A DNA stretch of 34,819 nt, from NCBI RefSeq assembly GCF_004010195.1, contig NC_057720.1, forward strand, positions 19,523,196 to 19,558,014, in the 5' to 3' direction. Below are positions 11,723 to 22,769 of this stretch, one piece after another. Within the stretch, counting starts at the first letter, position 1. Every line of letters begins with the position of its first letter. The notes under the pieces are model-generated. The model saw nothing but the letters and a program-made list of their open reading frames with translations, had not been told where the DNA came from and did no database searches. The position numbers and the translations under genes are program-made. This DNA comes from Chiloscyllium plagiosum. Lineage: Eukaryota.

Positions 11723-12955
11723 GATTTGATTCGATTTATTTATTGTCATGTGTACCTAAGTACAGTGAAAAGCTTTGTTCATAGGCAGTACAGGCAGATC
11801 GTAGTAAGTGAGGATATACAGATCATGGGGTAAAAATAACACTTTGGCAGAGGCATACAGTTACGTCACCACAGGGCGTGCTCTGGGCAAGATCAGCATT
11901 AGCAAGATTCGCCTTATTTGAATTTGTAGAGGTCATTCATCGGGGTGATAACGGCCAGGAAAAAGCTGTTCCTACATCTGTTGGTGAAAGTGTTCAAGCT
12001 TCTGTATCTTCTGCCTGACAGAAGAGGTTGTGGGAGATCAGTATCAGGGTGTGATGAGTCTTTGCTGATGTTGACAGCCTTTCCGTGGCAATGAGCCACG
12101 TAAATGGAGTCCCATGGATGGAAGGTTGGTTTCCACGATGGTCTGGGCTGTGCGCACAACCTTCTGTAATTTCTTATGGTCCTGGGCAGAGCAGTTATGT
12201 ACCAGGCCATTATGCACCTGGACAGTATGTTTTCAATGGTGCATCTGTAAAGGTTGGTGAGGGTCCTTATGGACATGCTGAATTTCCCGAGCCACCTGAG
12301 GATTAAGAGGTGTTGTTATGTCTTCTTGACCGTCCTATCTATGTGGGAAGTCCAGGACAGGTTCTCAGTTATTGTCATTCCGAGGAACTTGATGCTGTCA
12401 ATCCTCTCCACCTCAGCTCCGTTGATGTAGATGGGGGCATGTCCTCCTCCTTCCTTCTTTAGTTTTGCTGATGTTGAAAGAGACTTTGTTCTCATTGCAC
12501 CATGTCACCAAGCCCTCTATCTCTTTTCTGTATTCTGACTCGTTCTTGTTTGACATCCATCTTACCACAGTGGAGTCATCAGCAAACTTGTAGATGGCGT
12601 TTGTTTGGAATTTGGCAACACAGTTGGGGGTGTACAGGGAGTGCAGTAGGGGGCTGAGAACGCATCATTGGGGGCTCTAGTGTTGAGTGTTATTGTGGGG
12701 AGCTGCAGTTGTCTGTCTTCACTGATTGGGTCAGAAAGCTGAGGGTCCAGTTGCAGAGGGCAGAGCTGAGACCTAGGTCTTGGAGTTTTGATCAGTCTGG
12801 AGGGGATTGTGGTGTTGTTGGCGGAACTGGAATTGATGAGCAGGAGTCTGATGTAGGTGTCCTTTTTATCCAAGTGTTCCAGGGATAAGTGCATGGCTAG
12901 GGAAATAGTGTCTGCTGTGGACCTGTTTTGTCAGTAGGCAAATTGTGTGGGATCA
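11718..12955 (-). mobile_element. Rex1/Babar LINE, 5'-truncated
   Basis: [29 protein letters not shown] (RT) and LTNLYRCTIENILSRCIMAWY (Rex1 C-terminus); (AAATC)n tail at 11718-11745. Confidence 0.9.
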
Positions 12956-14169
12956 AGGATTTCCAGCATCTGCAGGATTTTACTTACATTTAACAGGCAT
13001 GTGTTTCTAAACACAAGAAAAACCGCTGTGCAATAAGCGATTTAAATCTACCAAAAAAACAACAAACGAATCATGATTTTAAACCTGCGGTTATTCTAAT
13101 CAATCTGTTCAGGCTTGTTTTGACACACTTCAAGGGTAAGGTGGGATTTGAACTCAAACTGCCTGGCCCAGTGGTAGGACACTACCACTGTATTTAACCC
13201 TGCATTTTGGATTAAAGTGGCAGTTTGCAGGCTTCCTGGCAGTCTGAAATTTGCCAGACCCAACAAGGCGAGAACACAAGTGACAAATGTGTAAAGCTGA
13301 AGAGGGAACCCTTTAAATACTGAACTGGAGTAGTTGCTTCTTTTCCTGGATGTAAGGTTGTTAGCTCCCAATGTTTGGTCTGCGGGTGTGCTTTCACTAC
13401 TTTAGAGGTGCTTTCTAAAATTTTGGGAGGTTATTTATCTTTTCATCTTGAGCTTTTTGTTGTGACTTTGATGCTGCTGTCAGCCTTCTTAGCACCACAG
13501 GGAGCAGCCTGAGCAGTTTTACCTCGGAACTCTGGCAAGGAACATAATTAACACCATTCAGCATCTGAAGGAACAACACGGTCTTCTCCTGAATCACTTG
13601 CTGCTCAACAGGACAGAGGGGAAGCTGGAACACTCTGGAGTACACACAACATTGCCACAGGAGGCTCTGATAATTTTGGCAGCTCATTGCTGCCACCTGC
13701 AGCTTTCTGGTGTAAAATGCAGTGAGGAGAAGACATGTACAAAGGAGGCAAGACGTTTCAGAGTGTCAACATGGATACTACCTTTACACATGGGGACACC
13801 ACCCACCATGTACAGGGTACGTGGCAGGTACTCATGTGATTCGGCCAACATTGTCTATCTCACACACTGCAGGCAAGGATGCCCTGAGGCATGGCACGTT
13901 GGTGAGACCAAGCAGAGACTATGGCAACAGGTGAATGAACACCTCACAACAATCAACAGACAGGTGTGTTCACTCCAGTCGGAGAACACTTCAGCGGTCC
14001 AGGACACTTGACCTCGGATCTTTGGGTGACTATCCTCCAAGATGGACTTTAGGACAGGCAACAACACAAAGTGGCCAAGCAGAGGCTGATAGCCAAGTTC
14101 AGTACCCACGGGGATGGCCTCAACCAGGACCTTGGATTTATGTTACACTACAGGTGACCCCACTGCACC

Positions 14170-14335
14170 ACAAACATACATACTCCCACAGACACGCACA
14201 CACTCACACAGACCCTCTCTCATACACAGACTCTTGCTCATACACTCACACACACTTATATCCCTTTACATTCACACATACACACACTCTCTCACAGACG
14301 CTCATATCCCCTCACACACACACACACACACATAT
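14170..14335 (+). repeat. Imperfect (CA)n/CT-rich microsatellite in the Penelope 3' UTR
   Basis: CACACA.. runs, with a pure (AC)n tract at ~14314-14331. Confidence 0.85.
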
Positions 14336-14526
14336 ATAAGTTTGTGGGATGAATTTGTACTTGCAGAATTATGTTTTATTTTGCTCCTAAACTGCATGAA
14401 TTCATGTAAGATTCTGTCAATTCCTTTTTTAGATTAGAATCAGTCTGAACATTGGGGTACAGACAGTCTCACACAGGGCACTTCACACATTTAATGCATT
14501 ATCTGGGCCAACATGGCACCTATTCT

Positions 14527-14824
14527 TAGATTAGATTTCCTACAGTGTGGAGACAGGCCCTTCAGCCCAACCAGTCCACACCGACCCTCCGAAGAGTAAC
14601 CCACCCAGACCCATTTCCCTCTGACTAATACACCTAACACTATGAGCAATTTAGCATGGCCAATTCACCTGACCTGTACATCTTTGGACTGTGGGAGGAA
14701 ACCGGAGCACCCGGAGGAAACCCACGCACACAGGGGGAGAATGTGCACAGACAGGCTCCTGAGGCTGGAATTGAACCTGGGATCCTGGTGCTGTGAGGCA
14801 GCAGTGCTAACCACTGTGCCACCA
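14527..14824 (-). mobile_element. HE1 V-SINE nested in the Penelope element
   Basis: TTAGATTAGA tail, V-domain and head; Penelope sequence resumes after 14824. Confidence 0.94.
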
Positions 14825-15024
14825 TTATTGTTAAAGGTCACTTGAGAATGCAACTTTAACAAAGTTCTGGAATTTACATACGAATGAACTGAAACCAGCA
14901 TGCCCATTTTAAACGATGAGAGACTTAACAAACAATCGGGTTTTTTTCAAAATATAATTTCAGTTACACCACACTGTAAACTTTTACTATAAATTCAGTG
15001 TCCTACGATCTTATACTCCACAAC

Positions 15025-15059
15025 CACCTGATGAAGGAGCAGAGCTCTGAAAGCTAGTG
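15025..15059 (+). ncRNA. Minimal type I hammerhead ribozyme motif (Penelope pLTR)
   Basis: CAC-CUGAUGA-A-GGAGC(AGA)GCUCU-GAA-AGCU-A-GUG: core intact, helix I CAC/GUG, palindromic AGCU helix III, CUA cleavage triplet. Confidence 0.75.
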
Positions 15060-15599
15060 CTTTCATATAAACCTGTTGGACTATAACCTGGTATTGTGTG
15101 ATTTTTAAGCATGTACAGGGTATTGATTATTTGTCCAGAAAACTGCAGTGAGGTCAGAACAACACAATACAAATTATGTGAACAAACTCAATTTCAGCTC
15201 CTCACAACAGAGGGTCTCCTGGTGGGAATATTGGTGTCACTGTATATGCAGCCATGAGTTTATCCAATTAAAAAGACAAACCCATCTCTGTTCGCACATC
15301 AAATCTGTACAGGCATGAACATTCCAGCAGGGGACACTAGATACCACTAGTCGAAGGAATACTAGCTGAGGTCTGCCCAGTGAAGGGGTATTGAGTCCAG
15401 TTTATCAGATCCAGCTGAGAGCCCATGTTGCGATTAGCTAATTTGGTACAGAAGAAGAATTATAACAGGAACTTGGCAGTCTATACAGTTTGACAAGGTC
15501 ATTAGAAGTTTTGCCACTTCAACACACCACCTTGTTCCTTGGCTAATATCTCTGTCTCAGGCTTGCTGCAGTATTCCAGTGAAGTTCAGCTCAAACTCA

Positions 15600-16085
15600 G
15601 TGCCTCAATTTCTGCTTGGGAACTCTACAGCCTTCTGAACTCAGTAGAGTTCAACTATTTTCGGGCTTTCCCCACGCCCACACACCAGGCCTTTTTATGA
15701 AGGGCTCTTGCCCGAAACGTTGATTCTCCTGCTCCTCCGATGCTGCCTGACCTGCAGTGCTTTTCTAGCACCACACTCTCGACTTGTTATCACATGGTCT
15801 GCTATTACACGCCACCTAGTGTCCAGATCCCATTAGCAGCTATTCATTCTTCAATGCTGACCGTTATCCACTCCTTTGTCTGTCCAACTGTTTTTCTCTC
15901 TCGGGCTCTTTATCCACCTATCGTTTACTCCTTAACCCCTCCCTCCACCGTATATTCTGCATAGAAAATGACTTTTTCCTTACTACCATCAATTCTTAAG
16001 AAGGGTCACTTGACCCGAAACTTGAAGTGATTTCTCTCCCCAGATCACAAAAATCTTCTGAGATTTTCCAGCAGTTTCTGTTCTT
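15600..16085 (+). mobile_element. Second-family Penelope 3' end, with a nested third-family pLTR fragment (~15696-15783)
   Basis: LGTLQP-like ORF end; decayed hammerhead cores TTATGAAGGGC..GCCCGAAACGTT and CTTAAGAAGGGTC..GACCCGAAAC. Confidence 0.7.
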
Positions 16086-16244
16086 GTATCATTAAAGTTT
16101 TTTCTTAAAGTGTAAAGATGTTTGTTATGTTGTAGAAAATATCAAACAAAGAGGTAGAATTGCATAAGCACACACAACAAGGAATTGGCCACTTGGCCTA
16201 ACAGGTTTATGCTTCACACAAGTCGTCACCTCCCCTCTTCACCT

Positions 16245-16690
16245 TATCCTAATATCCTAATCTATTCCACGTTCTAACTACCCCATCATCCCTGTGCTCA
16301 CTAATCTGCATTGACTCCTGGCTAAGCAGTGTCTTAATTTTAAAATTCTCATTCTTGCTTTCACATTCCTCCCTTACTATCTCTGCAAATGCCTCCAAAC
16401 TTACAATACTCTGAGATATCTGTCCTCCTCCAATTCTGGCCTCTTGAGTCTGCCTGATCTTAATTACTCCACCATTAACACCCATGCTTTTAGCTGTCTG
16501 GGCCTTACGCTTTAGAATTCCTTCTCCAACCCTGCCTTCTTACTCTCTATAGTTTTAAGATTCTCCTAAAACCTGCTTTGTTTGATCAAACTTTCTCACC
16601 TGTTCTAATATCTCCTTATTTTGGTCAGAGTTAATATTTTGCCTAATAATGCTAATGTGAAGTATTTTGAGTCATTTTGTTGTCAGAAGC
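16245..16690 (+). mobile_element. L2 LINE 3' fragment
   Basis: CCCATCATCCCTGTGCTCACTAATCTGCATTGACTCC..TTTAAAATTCTC resembles the L2 motif PITPVL..LHWLP..FKIL. Confidence 0.75.
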
Positions 16691-16978
16691 ACAATATGTT
16701 TGTATTATTTCACAGTTGCATTGCTTTCTCTCTTTCACGTGCTTCTCAAATTCCTTTACAGGTTCATTAGTTTGATCCCTGGGATTGGATTATGAAGAGA
16801 TGTTAAATAGCTTGGGCCTACACTCATGAAGTTTAGGAGAATGTGAAGTGGTTTTATTGAAACAAATAAAAGGTCTTTACTGAGGATGTTTCCCCTTGAG
16901 GCACAATCTAGAGCTTAGGGGCAACAATTTCAAAATAAGATGTTTCCCATTTAAGGTGAGGAGGGATTGGTAAAATAG

Positions 16979-17221
16979 TTAAAAATCACGCAACACTAGG
17001 TCATAGTCCAACAGGTTTATTTAGAAGCACTAGTGGAGCGCTGCTCCTTCATCAGGTGGTTGTGGAGAATACGATTGTAAGACACAGAATTTGTAGCAAA
17101 CGTTTTGAAGGAGCAGCGCTCCAAAAGCTAGTGCTTCCAAAAAAACTTGTTGGACTATAACCTGGTGTTGTGTGATTTTTAACTTTGTCCACCCCAGTCC
17201 AATACCGGCATCTCCAAATCA
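16979..17221. mobile_element. Fold-back Penelope mini-element with 11-bp TSD
   Basis: TSD TGGTAAAATAG at 16968-16978 and 17222-17232; inverted pLTR arms; both hammerhead cores damaged. Confidence 0.88.
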
Positions 17222-17632
17222 TGGTAAAATAGGGCAAAGTCAGCATGGTTTCATCAAGGACAGGTCATGCCTGACAAATCTGTTAGAATACTTTGAGGAG
17301 GTAACATGTAGTTTAGACAAAGGAGAGCCAATGGATGTTACCTAGCTGGACTTCCAGAAGGCCTTTGACAAGTTGACACACAAAAGGCTACTGAGTAAGA
17401 TAAGAGTCCATGGTGTTAGAAGCAAGGTGCTGTACATCTTTGGACTGTGGGAGGAAACTGGAGCACCCGGAGGAAACCCACGCAGACACGGGGAGAACGT
17501 GCAAACTCCACACAGTCAGTCGCCTGAGGTGTTAGAAGCTTGGCTGTCTGGCAGAAAGCAGAGAGTGGGGACAAAAGGGTCCTTCTCAGGATGGCAGCCG
17601 GTGACAAGTAGTGTTCCATAAGAGTTGGTATT
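17222..17632 (+). mobile_element. CR1 RT-domain fragment
   Basis: QSQHGFIKDRSCLTNLLEYFEEV..LDFQKAFDK..WLSGRKQRV..VTSSVP; interrupted at 17430-17530. Confidence 0.92.
17430..17530 (-). repeat. 101-bp internal HE1 segment copied from 17767-17867
   Basis: One mismatch to the neighbouring SINE; lacks both SINE head and tail. Confidence 0.9.
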
Positions 17633-17633
17633 G

Positions 17634-17933
17634 ATTAGATTAGATTACTTACAGTGTGGAAACAGGCCCTTCGGCTCAACAAGTCCACAGCGCCCTGCCA
17701 AAGCACAACCCACCCATACCCCTGACCTAACACTACGGGCAATTTAGCATGGCCAATTCACCTGACCTGTACATCTTTGGACTGTGGGAGGAAACCGGAG
17801 CACCCGGAGGAAACCCACGCAGACACGGGGAGAACGTGCAAACTCCACACAGTCAGTCGCCTGAGGTAGGAATTGAACCCGGGTCTCTGGCGCTGTGAGG
17901 CAGCAGTGCTAACCACTGGGCCACCGTGCCACC
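17634..17933 (-). mobile_element. Young HE1 V-SINE
   Basis: (TTAGA)n tail, V-domain and head. Confidence 0.95.
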
Positions 17934-18742
17934 TACAAACTTAGATATGATGCAGAGCTGAGCTGAGGAGTGGCAGATGGAGTTCAGCCCTGCCAAGTGT
18001 GAGGTTGTCCATTTTGGAAGGACAAATAAGAATGCGGAATACAGGGTTAATGGTAGGGTTCTTAGTAAGGTGGAGGAGCAGAGGGATCTTGGGATCTATG
18101 TTCATAGATCTTTGAAAGTTGCCACTCAGGTGGATAGAGCTTGTAAGAAGGCCTATGGTTTATTAGCGTTCATTAGTAGAGGGATTGAATTCAAGAGTCG
18201 TGAAGTGATGTTGCAGCTGTACAGGACCTTGGTTAGGCCACATTTGGAGTACTGTGTGCAGTTCTGGTCACCTCACTTTAGGAAAGATGTGGAAGCTTTG
18301 GAGAGGGTGCAGAGAAGATTTACCAGGATGTTGCCTGGAATGGAGAATAGGTCATACGAGGATAGGTTGAGCGTGCTAGGGTTTTTCTCATTGGAACGGA
18401 GAAGGATGAGGGGTGACTTGATAGAGGTGTATAAGATGATCAGGGGAATAGATAGAGTAGACAATCAGAAACTTTTTCCTCGGGTACAGCAGAGTTTACA
18501 AGGGGACATAAATTTAAGGTGAAGGGTGGACGATATAGGGGAGATGTCAGGGGTAGGTTCTTTACCCAGAGAGTGGGGGCATGGAATGCGCTGCCTGTGG
18601 GAGTGGCAGAGTCAGAATCATTGGCGAACTTTAAGTGGCAATTGGATAGGTACATGGATGGGTGCTTAAGCTAGGACAAATGTTCGGCACAACATCGTGG
18701 GCCGAAGGGCCTGTTCTGTGCTGTATTGTTCTATGTTCTATG
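17934..18742 (+). mobile_element. 5'-truncated young CR1 (HER1-like) LINE
   Basis: ORF 17977-18522 [36 protein letters not shown]; (TTCTATG)n tail ending at 18742. Confidence 0.96.
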
Positions 18743-21672
18743 CTGGAGGTGCAGCGCTGCTGGAGATGCTGCACTGCTAGAGGTTCTGCACTGCTGGAGG
18801 TGCTGCATTGCTGGAGGTGCTGCATTGTTGGAGGTGCTGCTCTCCTAGAGGTGCGACAGTGCTGGAGGTGCTGCACTGCTAGAGGTGCTGCATTTCTGGA
18901 GGTGCTGCACTGCTGGAGGTGCTGCACTGCTGGAGGTGCTGCACTGCTGGAGGTGCTGCATTGCTGGAGGTGCTGCACTGCTGGAGGTGCTGCTCTCCTA
19001 GAGGTGCGACACTGCTGGAGGTGCTGCACTGCTAGAGGTGCTGCATTGCTGGAGGTGCTGCACTGCTGGAGGTGCTGCATTGCTGGAGGTGCTGTACTGC
19101 TGGAGGTGCTGCATTGCTGGAGGTGCTGCACTGCTGGAGGTGCTGCTCTCCTAGAGGTGCGACACTGCTGGAGGTGCTGCACTGCTGAAGGTACTATATT
19201 GCTGGAGGTGCGGCACTGCTGCAGGTGCTGCACTGCTGGAGGTGCTGCAATACTGGAGGTGCTCCACTACTGGAGGCGTTGCACTGCTGGTGCTGCGGCG
19301 CAGCTGGAGGTGCTGCACCGCTGGAGGGGCTGCACTCCTGGAGGTGCTGCACTGCTGGAGATGCTGCACTGCTGGAGGTGCTGCATTGCTGGGGGTCTGC
19401 ACTCCTGGAGGTGCTGCATTGCTGCACTGCTGGAGGCGCAGCACTGCTGGAGGTGCTGCATTGCTGGAGGTGCTGCACACTTGTAGGTGCGGCAATGCTG
19501 GATGTGCTGCATTGCTAGGGGTGCTGCACTGCTGGAGGTACTGCTTGCTGGAGGTGCTGCACTGCTGGAGGTGCAGCACTGCTGGAGGTGCTGCACACTT
19601 GGACTTGTGGCACTGCTGGAGGTGCTGCGCTGTTGGAGTTGTGGCACTGCAGGAGGTGCTGCATTGCTGGAGGTGCGGCACTACTGGAGGCGCTGCACTG
19701 CTGGATGTGCAGCACAGCTGGAGGTGCTGCACTGCTGGAGGTTACGTAATGCTGGAGGTGCTGCATTGCTGGAGTTGCGGCACTGCAGGAGGTGCTGCAT
19801 TGCTGGCGCTGCGGCACTGCTGGAGGTGCTGCACTGCTGTAGCTGCTGCACTACTGGAGGCGCTGCACTGCTGGATGTGCAGCACAGCTGGAGGTGCTGT
19901 ACTACTGGAGGCGCTGCACTGCTGGAGATGCTGCACTAATGGAGGCGCTGCATTGCTGGAGGTGCTGCATTGTTGGAGGTGCTGCTCTCCTAGAGGTGCG
20001 GCACTGCTGGAGGTGCTGCACTGCTAGAGGTGCTGCATTGCTGGAGGTGCTGCACTGCTGGAGGTGCGGCACTGCTGGAGGTGCTGCATTGCTGGAGGTG
20101 CGGCACTGCTGGAGGTGCGGCACTGCTGGAGGTGCTGCATTGCTGGAGGTGCTGCACTGCTGGAGGTGCGGCACTATTGCTGGAGGTGCTGCACTGCTGG
20201 AGGTGCGGCACTGCTGGCGGTGCTGCATTGCTGGAGGTGCGGCACTGCTGGCGGTGCTGCATTGCTGGAGGTGCTGCACTGCTGGAGGTGCTGCTCTCCT
20301 AGAGGTGCGGCACTGCTGGAGGTGCTGCACTGCTAGAGGTGCTGCGCTGCTGAAGGTGCGGCACTGCTGCAGGTGCTGCACTGCTGGAGGTGCTGCATTG
20401 CTGGAGGTGCGGCACTGCTGGAGGTGCTGCACTGCTAGAGGTGCTGCATTGCTGGAGGTGCTGCACTGCTGGAGGTGCAGCACTGCTGGAGGTGCTGCAN
20501 NNNNNNNNNNNNNNNNNNNNNNNNNNNNNNNNNNNNNNNNNNNNNNNNNNNNNNNNNNNNNNNNNNNNNNNNNNNNNNNNNNNNNNNNNNNNNNNNNNNN
20601 NNNNNNNNNNNNNNNNNNNNNNNNNNNNNNNNNNNNNNNNNNNNNNNNNNNNNNNNNNNNNNNNNNNNNNNNNNNNNNNNNNNNNNNNNNNNNNNNNNNN
20701 NNNNNNNNNNNNNNNNNNNNNNNNNNNNNNNNNNNNNNNNNNNNNNNNNNNNNNNNNNNNNNNNNNNNNNNGGCACTGCAGGAGGTGCTGCACTGCTGGA
20801 GGTTATGTAATGCTGGAGGTGCTGCATTGCTGGAGTTGCGGCACTGCAGGAGGTGCTGCATTGCTGGCGGTGCGGCACTGCTGGAGGTGCTGCACTGCTG
20901 TAGCTGCTGCACTACTGGAGGCGCTGCACTGCTGGATGTGCAGCACAGCTGGAGGTGCTGCACTACTGGAGGCGCTGCACTGCTGGATGTGCAGCACAGC
21001 TGGAGATGCTGCACTAATGGAGGCGCTGCATTGCTGGAGGTGCTGTAGTGCTGCCGATGCTGTGATGCTGGAGATGCTGCACTGTTGGAGATGCTGCATT
21101 GCTGGAGGGGTTGCACTCCTGGAGGTGCTGCATTGTTGCAGGTGCTGCACTGCTGGAGGTGCTGCACTGCTGGAGGTGCTGCACTGCTGGAGGTGCTGTA
21201 TTGCTGGAGGTGCTGCATTGCTGAAGAAGCTGTATTACTGGAGGTGGTGCACTGCTGGTGGTGTAGCACTGCTGGACGTGCTGCATTGCTGGAGGTGCTG
21301 TACTGTTGGTGGTGCTGCATTTCTGGAGGTGCTGCATTGCTGGAGGTGCTGTAATGTTGGTGGTGCTGCATTTCTGGAGGTGCGGCACTGCTGGAGGTGC
21401 TGCATTGCTGGAGATGCTGTACTGCTAGTGGTGCTGCATTGCTGGAGGTGCTGCATTGCTGGAGGTGCTGTGCTGCTGGAGGTGTGACATTGCTGGAGGT
21501 GTGACACTGCTGGAAGTGCTGTATTGCTGTAGGTGCTGTACTGCTGGAGGTGCTGCACTGCTGGAGGTGTGACATTGCTGGAGGTGCTGCATTGCTGGAG
21601 GTGCTGTGCTGCTGGAAGTGCTGCTCTCCTAGAGGTGCAGCACTGCTGCAGGAGGTGTGACACTGCTGGAAG
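18742..21672 (+). repeat. 17-bp minisatellite (GGAGGTGCTGCACTGCT)n with variant units, spanning an assembly gap
   Basis: Unit read directly; translations show 17-aa periodicity (WRCCTAGGAALLEVLHC) in all frames. Confidence 0.97.
20500..20771. other. Assembly gap (272 N)
   Basis: Run of N inside the minisatellite. Confidence 1.
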
Positions 21673-21970
21673 TGTTATCCTTTGGTGGAGATGATAAGCT
21701 GATGTGCTGCCTGTCATCGAAGGTGGATGTAAAATATTTTAAAATTTTGAGAAGGAATAGCAGGGGAGAGCTCCCTGTTATTTTACCGACTCTCCCTGAC
21801 CCAACATCACTGAAAACATATTACCTGGTCAGTGCTGTTTGTGCAAACTCATTGTGTCCAATTTAGCTGATGTGTTTACCTTACAATCGTCTCAACATGT
21901 CAAAAAGGACCTGATTGGGTGTAAAATGCTTTGGGATGTTATGAAAGGCATTATGTAAATACAAGTCTTA
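21660..21970 (+). mobile_element. SacSINE1-like DeuSINE body and tail, contiguous with the minisatellite
   Basis: AGGTGGATGTAAAA..GCAGGGGAG..CCAACATCACTGAAAACA..TGCTGTTTGTG..ATTGGGTGTAAAATGCTTTGGGATG..GAAAGGCATTATGTAAATACAAGTCTT. Confidence 0.8.
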
Positions 21971-22037
21971 CAATTAATGATGTTTTCCCTATTTCCTACA
22001 GAATTTTATTTTCTATACCCCTTGTCTGCTTTTACTG

Positions 22038-22355
22038 TCATAGAGATGTATAGCATGGAAACAGATCCTTTGGTCCAACTCGACCATGCCGACCAGATAT
22101 CCTAAATTAATCTAATCCCATTTGCCAGCATTCGGCCCATATCCCTTTAAACCCTTCCTATTCAGATTCCCATCTAGATGCCTTTTAAATGTTGTCATGG
22201 CAGCAGCTTCCGCCACTTTCTCTGGCAGCTCATTCCATACACGCACCACACTCTACATGAAAAAGTTGTTCCTTAGGTCCCTTTTAAATCTTAAACCTAT
22301 ACCCTCTAGTTCTGGACTCCACTACCCTAGAGAAAAGACATTGGATATTCACCCT
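22038..22355 (-). mobile_element. CR1 3' end
   Basis: GTCATAGAGATGTATAGCATGGAAACAGA.. same subfamily as 29787 and 34024. Confidence 0.9.
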
Positions 22356-22459
22356 ATGGTTATGAAGTGAATAGATAAGGTAGAAGGAGGGGAGGCTGTT
22401 TCCATTAACGGGTGAAAGCAAAACTAGGCGGCATAATGGGGAGCATACCTAGAATTGAA

Positions 22460-22557
22460 ACATAACCAGAAGTTGCTGAGAAACCTCAGCAGGTCTGGCA
22501 GCATCTGTGAAGAGAAATCAGAGTTAACCTTTCGGGTCCGGTGACCCTTCCTCAGAT
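22460..22557 (-). mobile_element. Penelope pLTR fragment with hammerhead core, nested in a + strand CR1 fragment (~22360-22650)
   Basis: Reverse complement reads CUGAGGA-A-GGGUC(ACCG)GACCC-GAAAGGUU-AACUC..ACAGAUGCUGCCAGACCUGCUGAG. Confidence 0.7.
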
Positions 22558-22651
22558 CTAGGATTGAGTTGAGGAGGAACTACTTCACCCAAAGGGTTGT
22601 GAATCTGTGGAATTCCCTGCCTGGTGAAGCAGTTTAGGCTACCTTGTTGAA

Positions 22652-22742
22652 TCCACAACCACCTGATGAGGGAGCGGCGCTCCGAAAGCTGGTGCTTCCA
22701 ATTAAACCTATTGGTCTATAACCAGGTGTTGTGTGATTTTTA
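22652..22742 (+). mobile_element. Solo Penelope pLTR with hammerhead core (cleavage triplet mutated to CUG)
   Basis: CACCTGATGAGGGAGCGGCGCTCCGAAAGCTGGTGCTTCCAATTAAACC..GGTGTTGTGTGATTTT. Confidence 0.85.
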
Positions 22743-22769
22743 TCTCTGAAGTCAAGGCTTGCTTTGTAA

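Larger units (their letters stand above)
13748..15108 (+). mobile_element. Penelope-like element 3' part (GIY-YIG endonuclease remnant, CA-rich UTR, pLTR), interrupted by a SINE
   Basis: YSCDSANIVYLTHCRQGCPEAWHVGETKQRL is a PLE GIY-YIG motif; terminal pLTR with hammerhead core at 15025-15108. Confidence 0.9.

Noticed and set aside
13198..13722. Possible TIR pair CTGCATTTT / AAAATGCAG bounding a DNA transposon
   Set aside because: Only a 9-bp match with weak extension and no TSD identified, which is insufficient by eye.
17977..18522. 181-aa ORF as a host gene
   Set aside because: It is the CR1 ORF2 C-terminus, 5'-truncated and frameshifted near 18495.
1..18742. Similarity between 1-376 and 18373-18742 as a segmental duplication or LTR pair
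   Set aside because: Similarity (roughly 90% by eye) ends at the CR1 tail, so these are independent insertions of one subfamily.
20500..20771. Gap length of 272 = 16 x 17
   Set aside because: Repeat phase is not preserved across the gap, so this is a coincidence of an estimated gap size.
18742..21672. CRISPR-like array or functional Chi (GCTGGTGG-like GCTGGAGG) cluster
   Set aside because: Units are head-to-tail with no unique spacers, there are no cas genes, and the context is vertebrate. The Chi resemblance is a single mismatch in 8 nt with no known function here.
18631..21717. Many long Cys-rich or Gln/Ser/Pro-rich ORFs (up to 557 aa) on both strands
   Set aside because: The 17-bp unit has no stop codon on either strand, so all six frames stay open. 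The 17-aa periodicity and the lack of gene context indicate non-coding repeat.
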